Shown in pieces: positions 20,309 to 30,436 of a stretch of DNA of 64,000 nt. The position numbers and the translations under genes were made by a program. Below the pieces are notes generated by a model that saw only the letters and a program-made list of their open reading frames with translations, had not been told where the DNA came from and searched no databases. Every line of letters starts with the position of its first letter. The first letter of the stretch is position 1. Source of the stretch: an uncultured Fibrobacterota bacterium (GTDB lineage: Bacteria; Fibrobacterota; Chitinivibrionia; Chitinivibrionales; FEN-1185); contig CAVWBU010000027.1 of NCBI GenBank assembly GCA_963753345.1, positions 160,001-224,000 of the forward strand, written 5' to 3'.

Positions 20309-20563
20309 GTGGGTGTGCAGGGTAGAAGCTGCAGACTGTACGACGAAAACCTTGTGCACGCGATCATGGTGTCAACGGGGCTTGCCATTGTCGACTACAT
20401 CAAGCAGTCCAAGAGCGTCAACGCCACGGACATCTACGATTTTGTCGAGCAGAACGCTGAGCACATCATCCGGAACACCCTTGACGATATGAACCGGGCA
20501 TGTCCCGACGGCCCCGAACCGCCGTTCGACGCCCCCGACGACGACATTCCGCCCTCTTTTTGA
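20309..20563 (+). CDS. Hypothetical small protein with acidic, Pro-rich tail
   Basis: 84 aa, SD AAGGA, own promoter. No recognisable family. Confidence 0.6.
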   Translation: MGVQGRSCRLYDENLVHAIMVSTGLAIVDYIKQSKSVNATDIYDFVEQNAEHIIRNTLDDMNRACPDGPEPPFDAPDDDIPPSF

Positions 20564-20628
20564 CAGGCGCGACAAACATCACATTGCGACGCACGGCAAG
20601 CATCATTTAAATTACCATACGACATTCG

Positions 20629-20712
20629 GCCGAGGTGGCGAAACTGGTAGACGCAGTGGACTCAAAATCCACCGGGGGCAACCCCATGAGAGTTCGACTC
20701 TCTCCTTCGGCA
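20629..20712 (+). tRNA. tRNA-Leu (CAA)
   Basis: Acceptor GCCGAGG/CTTCGGC+A, anticodon arm GTGGA-CTCAAAA-TCCAC, long variable arm, T-loop TTCGACT. CCA not encoded. Confidence 0.97.
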
Positions 20713-20751
20713 ATTATAAATCTCCATACCACTTCAATAGATTTTTACTTA

Positions 20752-20783
20752 TCAACTCCTCAACTTTTCAACTTCTCAACTTC
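20752..20783 (+). repeat. 4 x 8-bp tandem repeat TCAACTYY
   Basis: tcaactcc tcaacttt tcaacttc tcaacttc. Confidence 0.75.
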
Positions 20784-20864
20784 TGCCCACAATATGTTAT
20801 TTTCCACTAGTGCTGTCGCGGCGGCTTTTTTGCATCGAATGGGCGCGCAAGGGAAGGAATATTT

Positions 20865-21788
20865 GTGGGCATTGTCATCGGCAGCTCCGCGGTGGACTGG
20901 AATTCCTTTGTCGGAAGGGAACTCGGCAACGTCACGCTTATCCGGGAACTCGGCCGCGGGGTAATGGGCGTCGTTTTCGTAGGGTACCAGAAGTCGCTCA
21001 GGCGTCAGGTCGCGGTCAAGGTGCTTGCAAAGGCGGCGGATTCCCCGGAACTTTCCAGTGCGCTGTTCCGCGACGAAGGCGAGATGGTCGCGGTGCTCGC
21101 GCACCCGAACATCATTCCGATATTCGAAATGGGAGAGGCCGACAATTGTTTTTTTCAGGTGATGCAGCTGGTCGACGGAACAGACCTTCGCTCCATCATA
21201 CGAAGTTTTGCGCGGCACCCGCTTCCGCGCAAACGGCTCATGTCGCTTTCCGAAGCAATCGGGTACATGGTGCAGATACTTGACGCGCTCCAGTATGCGC
21301 ATGAGGAGGGCGTCATTCACCAGGACATTAAGCCTGCAAATATCCTTGTGGAAAAGCGCAGCAAGCGGCCGCTCGTTGCCGATTTCGGCATTGCGAGGGC
21401 GCTCGCGGGCGAATACAAATCGGAAGGGCTTGTGGTGGGAACGCCGCTGTACATGGCGCCCGAGCAGGTGACCGGCACGGCCACCGACGGAAGGTCGGAT
21501 CTGTATTCGGCAGGAGTCATCCTGTTCGAGATGGCTGCCGGCAGCCTTCCGGTGCGGAACACGGAACGTGCGGAGCAGATACTCCTGCGCAAAAAGACCG
21601 CTCCCGACACGTTCTTTACCGCAAAACCGAGCGAGGTATCTTCGCGGATCGACGCGCGGCTCGAAGGGATAATCCTCAAGGCGACATTGCCGTCAGCCGA
21701 ATGGCGGTACCCTTCGTGTAAGGCGTTTGCCGACGACCTCAGGAAATACGCGGAGGAAAACTTTCTGTCATCCATATCCGACGAGTAA
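20865..21788 (+). CDS. Hanks-type Ser/Thr protein kinase (catalytic domain only)
   Basis: Motifs GRGVMG, VAVK, HQDIKPAN, DFG, GTPLYMAPEQ, SDLYSAG. No TM or sensor region. Confidence 0.93.
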   Translation: MGIVIGSSAVDWNSFVGRELGNVTLIRELGRGVMGVVFVGYQKSLRRQVAVKVLAKAADSPELSSALFRDEGEMVAVLAHPNIIPIFEMGEADNCFFQVMQLVDGTDLRSIIRSFARHPLPRKRLMSLSEAIGYMVQILDALQYAHEEGVIHQDIKPANILVEKRSKRPLVADFGIARALAGEYKSEGLVVGTPLYMAPEQVTGTATDGRSDLYSAGVILFEMAAGSLPVRNTERAEQILLRKKTAPDTFFTAKPSEVSSRIDARLEGIILKATLPSAEWRYPSCKAFADDLRKYAEENFLSSISDE

Positions 21789-21800
21789 GGGAGACGGGGC

Positions 21801-23954
21801 ATGAAGAACGAACCGCATGCCGGCGGAAAGATCGACCAGAAACACGCCCAAACGCTTGCGCGGCTTTTCAACATCGCCTATAATGGCGCGATACTCTACG
21901 GCGGCACCCACCAGACCACCGTCGACGCCGCCGTTCCCTTTCACAGCTTCCTCATGAGGATTGTTTCCGGTGAAACCATGGTTTCCGTTCTTGCGGAGCG
22001 GGAGTCGGTCTTCGTGGAGAATTTTTGCATCGACAAGATCATCAACGTGAGGCGGCTCGTGGTGCATTTCAGGAAGCTCGGCCTTCAGTCGATCACGTTT
22101 TCAAAGGAGGTTTCGGTTGACGGCATACGAGCGCTTCTCGTTGTCCTCAGCGACGCCGAAGCGTATCCCAACGCAACCGCGATGCAGAACCGCCTTGCGT
22201 TGCTCAATGTCAAGGGAATCCGGCTCAATTATGTCGTGTATCGCAAGATGACCACGGACGAAAAGGTGGTCGATAAGAACGCCATCCATACCCTCGCGAC
22301 GCAGCCGCTCGGGCCGACACCCATGGACACCACCATTGTGAAACAAGTGCTCGACGGGCTTTCGGAGGTTGTGTCGGCCCGGCGGATCGTTGACGGGTTG
22401 CCTGCGGTTTCTTCGGCACCGGAGGGCGCCCAAGCGGCCGACCTTTCCACGCTGCTCGAACAGATGCGCGCGATTAATTCGCGCATCAACGATCCTGCCG
22501 CCGCGTCCGGCGACGGGCTGTCCATACAGGAAATGATGGAGTCCATTGTCAAGCTCAGAAGGGACGTGAACGACAAACTCGGCCTGATCCGCAAAACCCA
22601 TGCGCTCAATGAAACGGAGAATTCGGTCGTCAGCGAACTTGACACAATGAGCCATGAGGTGATGCTGCGGCTGCTCTGCGAGGAATACAAGCGCGGCGGC
22701 ATCTCCACCAAGCGTCTCGCGCAGATCACGCGGCGCATGATGCCGGACATCAAGGAGCTCAAGCGCATGCTGCCGCGGCTCAAGGACGCGCTTTTGAAAG
22801 AGGGCATGCCCCAGGCGGACTATCTCCAGTACGTTACCGACATCCTCAAGGACATCGAATCGGACGGGCTGGCCGGCGTATTTGAGGCGGCTGTCAAGGA
22901 CATCGGCGTGTCCATGGAAGAGCTTGTCGAGTCCATCCGCGCCGACCCGGCCGACGCGGCACGGCTCATCGTGCTTGCCTCCGAGATCCGGAAATCCTCG
23001 CGCTCGGACGATTCTCAGCTCTCGTCGCTTCTTACCGACTACATTGAAAGGGCGAGCCAGTCTCTGTCGCTCGAATCAAAGGACGTCGCGACCAAGGAAG
23101 GAATACATCTTCTCAAGTCTGCCATCGGCAGGATTGAAACCGATCTTGTCGAGAAGCTCCGGGGCCAGGGCATTCCCGCGGACGTTCTCGACAAGGCGTC
23201 GGGTCTTCTGCAGACGCGCCTCGATGCAACGGTGAGCGGCGCGAAACAGGAATGGGCATCGCGGTTTGTCTCGTCGCTCAAGGAACTCGGCGAAAACGAG
23301 CTCCTTCAGGTTCTCCGCGAGCTCTTTTCGCAGGAAGGCGGCGCAGATCTGGTGCGCGAGCCGCTTCGGAAGCTTCTCGCGTCGAAAGGCTATTCCGAGG
23401 AGAGCATCGTCCGGCTCATGGAAAAAGCGGCGTCAAAATCCGCGGCCGCTTCCCAGGAGCTTCCGAAGGGAATCCTGAATGTCAATGCTACTCTTTACTT
23501 TCTGGAACGCGAGATAAAACGGCACCAGCGGTACAACACGCCGTTTACGTGTCTCATCCTGACGAACGTGCGGGTCAAATCCAACGGGAACCCTTCGCAT
23601 ATTCCGACTGAAGGGGAGACCAAAGCGATCATGCCGCAGGTGCTCTCGTTCCTGAGGCATGTTTTGCGCGACCTGGACATTGTGGGTTCGCTCGGGCTTG
23701 TTTCGGGAGACGTGCCTTTCGTGGTGCTGCCGCAGACCGGGGATGCAGGGGCCGAAAAGGTCATCGAACGCCTGCAGCGCGATCTGAGCGCCCGGGCATT
23801 CGAAGCGGACGGCGCGCAGGTCAAAGGGTCATTCGCGCTGTCGTATTCTTCTTTTGACAAGACAACGATGACGGGATACCGTTCTTTTCTCGAGTTTGCG
23901 CTGGGGCGTCACCGGAAGGTGGAAAGCGGTATTACCTCGGCGCAGTCTTCCTGA
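21801..23954 (+). CDS. Helical cytoplasmic protein with C-terminal degenerate GGDEF-like domain
   Basis: C-term 'GILN...LEREIKRHQRYNTPFT...LRDLDIVGSLG..FVVLPQT...A..VIERL' follows the GGDEF layout without the GGDEF motif. SD AAGGGAG. Confidence 0.65.
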   Translation: MKNEPHAGGKIDQKHAQTLARLFNIAYNGAILYGGTHQTTVDAAVPFHSFLMRIVSGETMVSVLAERESVFVENFCIDKIINVRRLVVHFRKLGLQSITFSKEVSVDGIRALLVVLSDAEAYPNATAMQNRLALLNVKGIRLNYVVYRKMTTDEKVVDKNAIHTLATQPLGPTPMDTTIVKQVLDGLSEVVSARRIVDGLPAVSSAPEGAQAADLSTLLEQMRAINSRINDPAAASGDGLSIQEMMESIVKLRRDVNDKLGLIRKTHALNETENSVVSELDTMSHEVMLRLLCEEYKRGGISTKRLAQITRRMMPDIKELKRMLPRLKDALLKEGMPQADYLQYVTDILKDIESDGLAGVFEAAVKDIGVSMEELVESIRADPADAARLIVLASEIRKSSRSDDSQLSSLLTDYIERASQSLSLESKDVATKEGIHLLKSAIGRIETDLVEKLRGQGIPADVLDKASGLLQTRLDATVSGAKQEWASRFVSSLKELGENELLQVLRELFSQEGGADLVREPLRKLLASKGYSEESIVRLMEKAASKSAAASQELPKGILNVNATLYFLEREIKRHQRYNTPFTCLILTNVRVKSNGNPSHIPTEGETKAIMPQVLSFLRHVLRDLDIVGSLGLVSGDVPFVVLPQTGDAGAEKVIERLQRDLSARAFEADGAQVKGSFALSYSSFDKTTMTGYRSFLEFALGRHRKVESGITSAQSS

Positions 23955-23985
23955 CAAGCATCTGTAATCTTGCAAAAAAAAAGAA

Positions 23986-24076
23986 CGGAGGGGAGAGGAT
24001 TTGAACCTCCGGTAGCGGTATTATCCACTACGACGGTTTAGCAAACCGTTGCCTTCAGCCACTCGGCCACCCCTCC
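23986..24076 (-). tRNA. tRNA-Ser (GCT), intact copy at the island boundary
   Basis: Reverse complement reads GGAGGGG...ACGGT-TTGCTAA-ACCGT...long variable arm...GGTTCAAATCC..CCCCTCC-G. CCA not encoded. Confidence 0.97.
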
Positions 24077-24078
24077 AA
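24038..24078 (+). repeat. att direct repeat, copy 1 (tRNA-Ser 5' half plus anticodon loop)
   Basis: TTAGCAAACCGTTGCCTTCAGCCACTCGGCCACCCCTCCAA, identical to 31643..31683. Confidence 0.95.
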
Positions 24079-24159
24079 CAATCTTATAACTTATTGGAGT
24101 TAATTAAGTTGCGAATTTTTCTTAAACTTACTTATTGGGCTTACTAAAATGCTTTTACT

Positions 24160-24193
24160 AAAAATATCGTCAGTAAATACTGACGATATTTTT
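24160..24193. repeat. Perfect 16-bp inverted repeat
   Basis: AAAAATATCGTCAGTA-AA-TACTGACGATATTTTT. Confidence 0.85.
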
Positions 24194-24524
24194 CATTCGT
24201 AAAAAATATATAAAAGGGGATGGCAATGGGAAGAAAAAGTGAGCCATCTTGTTTAGATTCTGCAAACGGCAATATTTTTTTTGCAATGACATGATGTTAG
24301 TGACCTCTGCACGTCAGTGAAAAATGGATAGCTTCGTCTTAAGTATTGAAAATAGACCGCTCAAGTAATAGAATATTACATATACCACCAGATTCTCTCC
24401 TGTTGAGTTCCACAACAGTGCGGTGCTTGCATAGCATTCCGATAAGGAAAAGTCACAGGACGTATGTTTGCACGGGCTGTGGCCTTCAAAGCAGCGGCAA
24501 AAAACAGGAAATGAATTAACAAAT

Positions 24525-26681
24525 ATGACTGATTTCCACGGCAAACAAAAACAAGAAAAACCTATAGTGAACAGCGTGAGAGACGGCCTGCAACGTCAAA
24601 TGTCTTTCCGGTGGACAACACACCCCGTTTTATTCGCAGTGCTTTTATTCCTTGCTGGCGGCAGCTTGAGCTTCTGGATTGCCGTTCTGCAGCGCAATGC
24701 TGATATCAACTATAAACGCGATCAGGTCACCCTGGAGATTGATCATATCCGTAATGACCTCAGCCGCGAACTCTATGCGACCATCAACCTGACGCAGGGA
24801 CTTGTCGCCCTGGTGCGCATGCAAGGTGGCATACGGCAGGACCAATTTGAAGCAATGGCGCGCGAACTTAAGGATCGTAGCACGCTTATACGGAATGTAG
24901 CTCTTGCACCGGGAAATGTAATTCGATTTATGTATCCTCTTGCGGGAAATGAAAAAGCCATAGGCCTGGATTATCTGAAGACGTCGGACCAGGCAGGTAC
25001 GGTCCTGCGGGCCATTGAAGAAAATCGCATAGTTGTTGCCGGGCCAGTACGCCTTATTCAAGGTGGGGTCGGTATCATAGGCCGTACGCCGATTTTCCTG
25101 AGGGACTCGATTAATAGCGGAAAGTCGCAGCGCTATTGGGGAATTGCGGCGACCGTCATTAGTTTCGATTCGCTTGTCCATATGGCTGGAATCGAGACGG
25201 CCAGCGCAAATCTGTATATCGCGCTTCGTGGAGCAGATGGTACCGGGGCCCGCGGCAATGTTTTCTGGGGCGACAGTGGTGTCTTTGCTTCCGGTCCCGT
25301 GTTGATGGAAATCGCTTTACCTTCGGGAAGTTGGCAACTGGCCGCGGTACCGCGCGGTGGATGGCCTGCATTCAAACCTCTCGCTTCGGCATCGTTTCTC
25401 GCGGGATTTCTTATATCATTATTTTTCTCGATGCTGCTCTTTGAAACATTGCGTATCAGTCAATTCCGCGCATTCGAGATTGCCGAGCGGAAAAAGATCG
25501 AAGAAACCCTGCGCGAGCGCGAACGGCAGATTTCCATGATCTACGATACGGTCGGGGACAGCATATTCAATCTCAAAATAGAAAAGGATGGGAGTTACTG
25601 TTTTTCATCTGTCAATCAGTGTTTCCTTTCGACCACCGGGCTGCAAGCCGTTCAAATAGTCGGAAAACGGGTGCAGGATATTATTCCCGAGCCATCGCTG
25701 TCGCTGGTGTTGGAAAAATATTCGGAGGCAATCCGGGAGAGGAAGATCGTGCGATGGGAGGAGGTCTCGCAATATCCCACGGGACGGTTGATCGGGGAAG
25801 TGAGTATCGCCCCGATATTTGACGGGTCCAATACCTGCGTCGGCCTGGTTGGATCGGTTCACGATATCACAAAGCGAAAAAACGATGAAGACGAAATTCG
25901 AAAACTTAATTCCGAGCTTGAACAGCGCGTAGCCGAACGCACCGCAGAGCTGGTTGTGGCCAGGGACCGCGCAGAATCGGCCGACCGTGTGAAGTCCGCT
26001 TTTTTGGCCACCATGTCCCACGAACTGCGTACGCCGCTCAACTCCATCATCGGCTTTACCGGTCTCATCCTGCAAGGCCTGGCCGGGCCCTTGAACGCGG
26101 AACAAACCAAACAGCTCTTGATGGTGCAGAACAGCGGACAACACTTGCTTTCCCTCATTAATGATGTGCTGGACATTTCCAAGATCGAAGCAAGCCGAAT
26201 AGATATCGCCGACAAACCGTTTGATCTGTCCGGCTCCATCCAAAAAGTCATCAAAACCGTGAAACCCCTGGCCGACAAGAAAAACTTGCCTCTGGCAGCG
26301 CAGGTGGCGGTTGACGTAGGCGAAATTTCCGGCGATTGCAGGCGGGTTGAGCAAATCCTGTTGAATCTACTGAGCAATGCCATCAAATTCACCGAGAAAG
26401 GTGAAGTGCGTGTAGAGTGTTCTCTGGACAGGGGATTTGCTAAGATCCGTGTTGCCGACACCGGTCCCGGCATTAGGCCTGAGGATCTTGATAAATTGTT
26501 TCAACCTTTCCGCCAGCTTGACACCGGCCTGATGCGTCAGCACGAGGGAACAGGGCTGGGCTTGGCCATCTGCAAGCGGCTGGTCGAGCTGATGGGCGGC
26601 GCAATTACTGTTGAGAGCGAGTGGGGCAAAGGAAGCGCGTTCGAATTCACGCTACCCGTTCATCAGGAAAAGGGATCATGA
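24525..26681 (+). CDS. CHASE-PAS sensor histidine kinase
   Basis: TM-CHASE ('YPLAGNEKAIGLD', 'AGPVRLIQGG')-TM-PAS-HisKA 'MSHELRTPL'-HATPase 'NLLSNAIKF, DTGPG, GTGLGL'. Start uncertain (24525, 24567 or 24600). Confidence 0.9.
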   Translation: MTDFHGKQKQEKPIVNSVRDGLQRQMSFRWTTHPVLFAVLLFLAGGSLSFWIAVLQRNADINYKRDQVTLEIDHIRNDLSRELYATINLTQGLVALVRMQGGIRQDQFEAMARELKDRSTLIRNVALAPGNVIRFMYPLAGNEKAIGLDYLKTSDQAGTVLRAIEENRIVVAGPVRLIQGGVGIIGRTPIFLRDSINSGKSQRYWGIAATVISFDSLVHMAGIETASANLYIALRGADGTGARGNVFWGDSGVFASGPVLMEIALPSGSWQLAAVPRGGWPAFKPLASASFLAGFLISLFFSMLLFETLRISQFRAFEIAERKKIEETLRERERQISMIYDTVGDSIFNLKIEKDGSYCFSSVNQCFLSTTGLQAVQIVGKRVQDIIPEPSLSLVLEKYSEAIRERKIVRWEEVSQYPTGRLIGEVSIAPIFDGSNTCVGLVGSVHDITKRKNDEDEIRKLNSELEQRVAERTAELVVARDRAESADRVKSAFLATMSHELRTPLNSIIGFTGLILQGLAGPLNAEQTKQLLMVQNSGQHLLSLINDVLDISKIEASRIDIADKPFDLSGSIQKVIKTVKPLADKKNLPLAAQVAVDVGEISGDCRRVEQILLNLLSNAIKFTEKGEVRVECSLDRGFAKIRVADTGPGIRPEDLDKLFQPFRQLDTGLMRQHEGTGLGLAICKRLVELMGGAITVESEWGKGSAFEFTLPVHQEKGS

Positions 26682-27064
26682 AAAACAACATTCTTGTCAT
26701 CGAAGACAACGAGCAAAACCTCTACCTCGTGACATTTCTGTTGGAACAAAGTGGCATTAAGATTTTCGCGGCCCGAAGCGGACCCGAAGGAATCATACTG
26801 GCAGGCCGGATTCAGCCCGATTTAATTCTTCTCGATATCCAATTGCCATTGATGGACGGCTATGCGGTGGCGCGGGAATTGAGGCGCAATTCGGCCCTGC
26901 GGGACGTGCCTATCATAGCGGTGACTTCCTACGCGATGGTGGGCGATCGGGAGCGCGCTTTGGAAGCAGGGTGTGTGGGCTATATCGAAAAGCCGATTAA
27001 TCCGGCAACATTCTTGTCTGAAATTGAGCGCTATCTGCCTGCGCCTGGGAAAATGAACGGCTGA
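26678..27064 (+). CDS. Single-domain response regulator (DivK-like)
   Basis: Motifs 'VIEDN', 'LLDIQLP', 'AVTSYAM', 'EKP'. ATGA overlap with the kinase stop. Confidence 0.92.
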   Translation: MKNNILVIEDNEQNLYLVTFLLEQSGIKIFAARSGPEGIILAGRIQPDLILLDIQLPLMDGYAVARELRRNSALRDVPIIAVTSYAMVGDRERALEAGCVGYIEKPINPATFLSEIERYLPAPGKMNG

Positions 27065-27074
27065 TGGGAGGCCC

Positions 27075-30000
27075 ATGAAAAAACTTCTCATTGTTGACGA
27101 CAATGAACAAAACCTGTACATGCTGCAGGTGCTTTTGTCGGCAAAGGTTTTCAAGTGGTACAAGCATCGAACGGCGCCGAAGCTCTGGATAAGGCGCGGT
27201 TGGCGCCCGAACTGATTATCTCAGACTGTTGATGCGGTGATGGACGGTTACGCTTCTGCACTATTGGAAGAACGACGAGCTCTCAGAAATACTTTTGTAG
27301 TGTACACGCCACTATACGGACGCGAAAGATGAGCACTTGCTCGGAGTTTGGGAGAGGAAGATTTATTTAAAAGGAATTGAAGCATTATGGTGCATAAAAA
27401 TGTGCTGGTGAAAGCGAAGCAAGGCAAACTGTCCCCGGTGCGTGAGCCGCGAGCGATAAAAAGGCATTGATGAATGAATACAGTGAAGTCCTGATCCGTA
27501 AATTGGAGGAAAAAGCTCTGCAGCTGCAACAAGCCAACGCACGCTTGAGAAGGACATCGCAGAGCGTAAAAAAACGGAGATTGCCTTGCGCCTCGATGGC
27601 GAGATAATGGCCAATATGGCCGAAGGCGTCCAGTTGACGAGAGAAAATGATGCGGTAATAGTTTATGTAAATACACAGTTTGAAAAGATGTTTGGTTACA
27701 GCCCGGGGGAATTGCTCGGGAAGCGTGTCTCTGTGCTTAATGCGTCTTCCGAAAAATCTTCCAGAGGCACGGCGGATGATATTATCCGAACTCTTGAGAA
27801 CAAGGGTACGTGGGATGGAGAAATCTTTAACGTAAGGAAAAACGGCGCGACATTCTGGTGTCATGCGAGCATTTCCACATTCGTCCATCCGGATCATGGG
27901 AAGGTTTGGATTTCGGTTCAGCAGGACATAACCGAGCGCAAACGGGCGGAGGAAGCGTTGCGCGAGAGCGAGGAGAAATACCGGAGCCTTGTGGACGGCG
28001 CCAGCGAAGCAATTCTTGTAGTGCAGGACGGTATGCTCAAATTCGTCAACCGCAGTGCCGTGGAGCTTGCGGGGTATACGGAACAGGACCTTATTGGGAA
28101 ATCTTTTACGGAATTATTTACCCGGATGATCGAAAGATGGTGGCGGATAGTTATGTGAAACGGATGAAAGGCGATTCTGCAACGTCGAGATATGAATTCA
28201 GGCTGTTTGCTGACGACATAAAATGGGTGGAAATAAACGCGGTCATCATAAATTGGAAAGGCAAGACTGCCACGTTGAATTTTCTCACCGACATCACCGA
28301 GCGCAAGCAGGCCGAAGATGTCCAACGCCGGAATTCGCATGATATGGAGTTCCTTTCACGCTCGGCAATGACGCTTGTTGAGTTGACGTTTGAAAAAGAC
28401 GTTTATCAGTATATAGGAGAACTGCTCAAGGAAATACTTCCGGAAAATACGGTGGCGGCCGTGAGTGAATTTGACGAATCCACGCGTGCATTTCACGGGA
28501 GGAACATCATTGGAATTGACAAGACGATTGGAGTGATAAGAAAAATCCTCGGCAAGGACCCCATGGAGCTTTCCGGCGACTTCGGGCCTACGGCGAAAAA
28601 AGCCTTGTTGAGCGGAAAACTGCAGAAGATAGACATGGGCTTGCAAGACTTTGCACAGATCATCCCTGATAGCATCGCTCGCGCCATAGAGAAGCTTCTC
28701 GGTATAAAGGCGTTCTTTGTTATCGGTTTTGTCAAGGAGGGTAAAGTGTTGGGCGGCCTCTCCATTTTCCTTCGCAAGGAGAGCGTGCTTGCCAATCCCG
28801 GCGCTATAGAGGCCTTTGCGGCACAGGCCGCAATAGCGATTGCGAAAAGGAAAGCCGAACAGTCGCTGCGCGAGAGCGAGGAGCGGTACCACACGTTGTT
28901 CGATGACGCCAAGGACGGGATCGCGCTAGCCGATGCCGAAACCGGAAGGATTGTCGAGTGCAACCAGGCGTTGTGCAGAATGGTCGGGATGGACAAAGAG
29001 GAACTTGTCGGGCAGATGCAGTCGTTCATTCATCCTCCGCAGACTCTGGTCAATGGAGAATCGGCGGGCTATATGAAGTATAAGAGAGGCGATCCGGAGA
29101 TGATCCTTGAAGAACAGCTTATATCGAAAAGCGGCGAATTGACACCGGTGGAAATCAAGGCCGCCCGTGTCCAGATGAACGGCCAAGACTACATGCTGGG
29201 GATCTTCCGCGACATCTCGGAGCGTAAACAACATGAAAAGGAAAAGGAACACCTCCAGGCCCAGCTTCTCCAGGCCCAGAAAATGGAGGCCGTAGGCACA
29301 TTGGCCGGCGGCGTGGCCCACGACTTCAACAATCTCCTCACCGCCATTTCGGGCTTCACGACGCTGGCCATGGGGAAAATAGACGAATCCGATCCCAGTG
29401 CAAAGGGACCTGAAACAGGTGAGCATCGCGGCGACAAAGGCCGCCGGTCGTCACACGCCAGCTCCTTCTTTTCAGCAGGAAACAGCACATGGAGCCTATG
29501 CCGATGGACCTCAATGCCACAATCAGCCGCCTGCTTAAAATGCTCGACAGGCTTATCGGGGAAGACATTGTCGATTGAGACAGACCTGGAAAAGGGCATG
29601 TGGAGCATTCTGGGCGACGAGGGAAATATCGAGCAGGTGCTCATGAACCTTGTCGGTAAATGCAAGGGACGCCATGCCCGAAGGCGGAAAATTATTCATC
29701 AAGACCGAGAATGTGACCATCGATGATGAATATTGTCGTCACGTACAAGACGGCCCGCCCCGGACGCTTTGTCTGCCTGTCGGTATCGGACACCGGCACA
29801 GGCATGGACGAACTGACGCTGGAGCACATTTTTGAACCGTTTTTCACCACAAAGCCGCAAGGCAAGGGAACAGGGCTCGGTTTGTCCGTGGTGTTCGGCA
29901 TCGTCGAGCAGCACAAGGGCTGGATAAATGTTTATAGCGAACTCGGACATGGCACTACGTTTAAGGTTTATTTCCCGTCTTCATCCGCCAGGTCCCGAAC

Positions 30001-30423
30001 AAAAAAGCAAAGAAGATGGTCCCCGCTTGCTTCCTTGGAGGGAAAAGGCGAGCGCATCATGATCGTTGAGGACCAGGCCGAGGTGCGTGCGACTCGCGAA
30101 GGAAATGCTTGCAACAAACGGATATTCGGTGTTCACGGTTTCAACCGCAAAAGAGGCGATGGAACTGTTTGAAAAGGAAAACGGCAGAATTCGACCTGGT
30201 ATTCAGCGATGTCGTTCTCCCAGATAGGTCCGGGATCCTGCTGGTGCAGGAGTTGCTGAAACGCTGGAAATTCGAGGTTATCATCACGAGCGGCTATACG
30301 GACGAAAAAGCTCATTGGGACTTTATAAAGGAGCACAACTATCGCTTTTTACACAAGCCATATGCCGTGCGCGATCTTTTGCAGGCGGTAAGGGAAGTGC
30401 TGGACGAAAAACGAGAAAGTTGA
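27075..30423 (+). pseudogene. Frameshifted REC-PAS-PAS-(GAF-like)-PAS-HisKA-HATPase-REC hybrid kinase (true pseudogene or assembly indels)
   Basis: Starts 'MKKLLIVDDNEQN'. Fragments in several frames carry PAS ('QDITERK', 'TDITERK', 'RDISERK'), 'AHDFNNLL', 'DTGTG..FFTTK..GTGLGL' and a terminal REC 'SDVVLP..TSGY..HKP'. Confidence 0.85.
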
Positions 30424-30436
30424 CAGGTGAATAACT

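Noticed and set aside
20635-20964. 109-aa ORF 'MAKLVDAVDSKSTG...'
   Set aside because: It is a translation of tRNA-Leu and the downstream spacer, not a gene.
20713-23985. Second island at tRNA-Leu (or at tRNA-Pro) carrying the kinase pair
   Set aside because: No duplicated Leu or Pro tRNA fragment was found in the window, and the genes have host-like composition.
27075-30423. Programmed frameshifting or phase variation in the hybrid kinase
   Set aside because: There are too many scattered indels and they are not tied to one slippery site or repeat tract.
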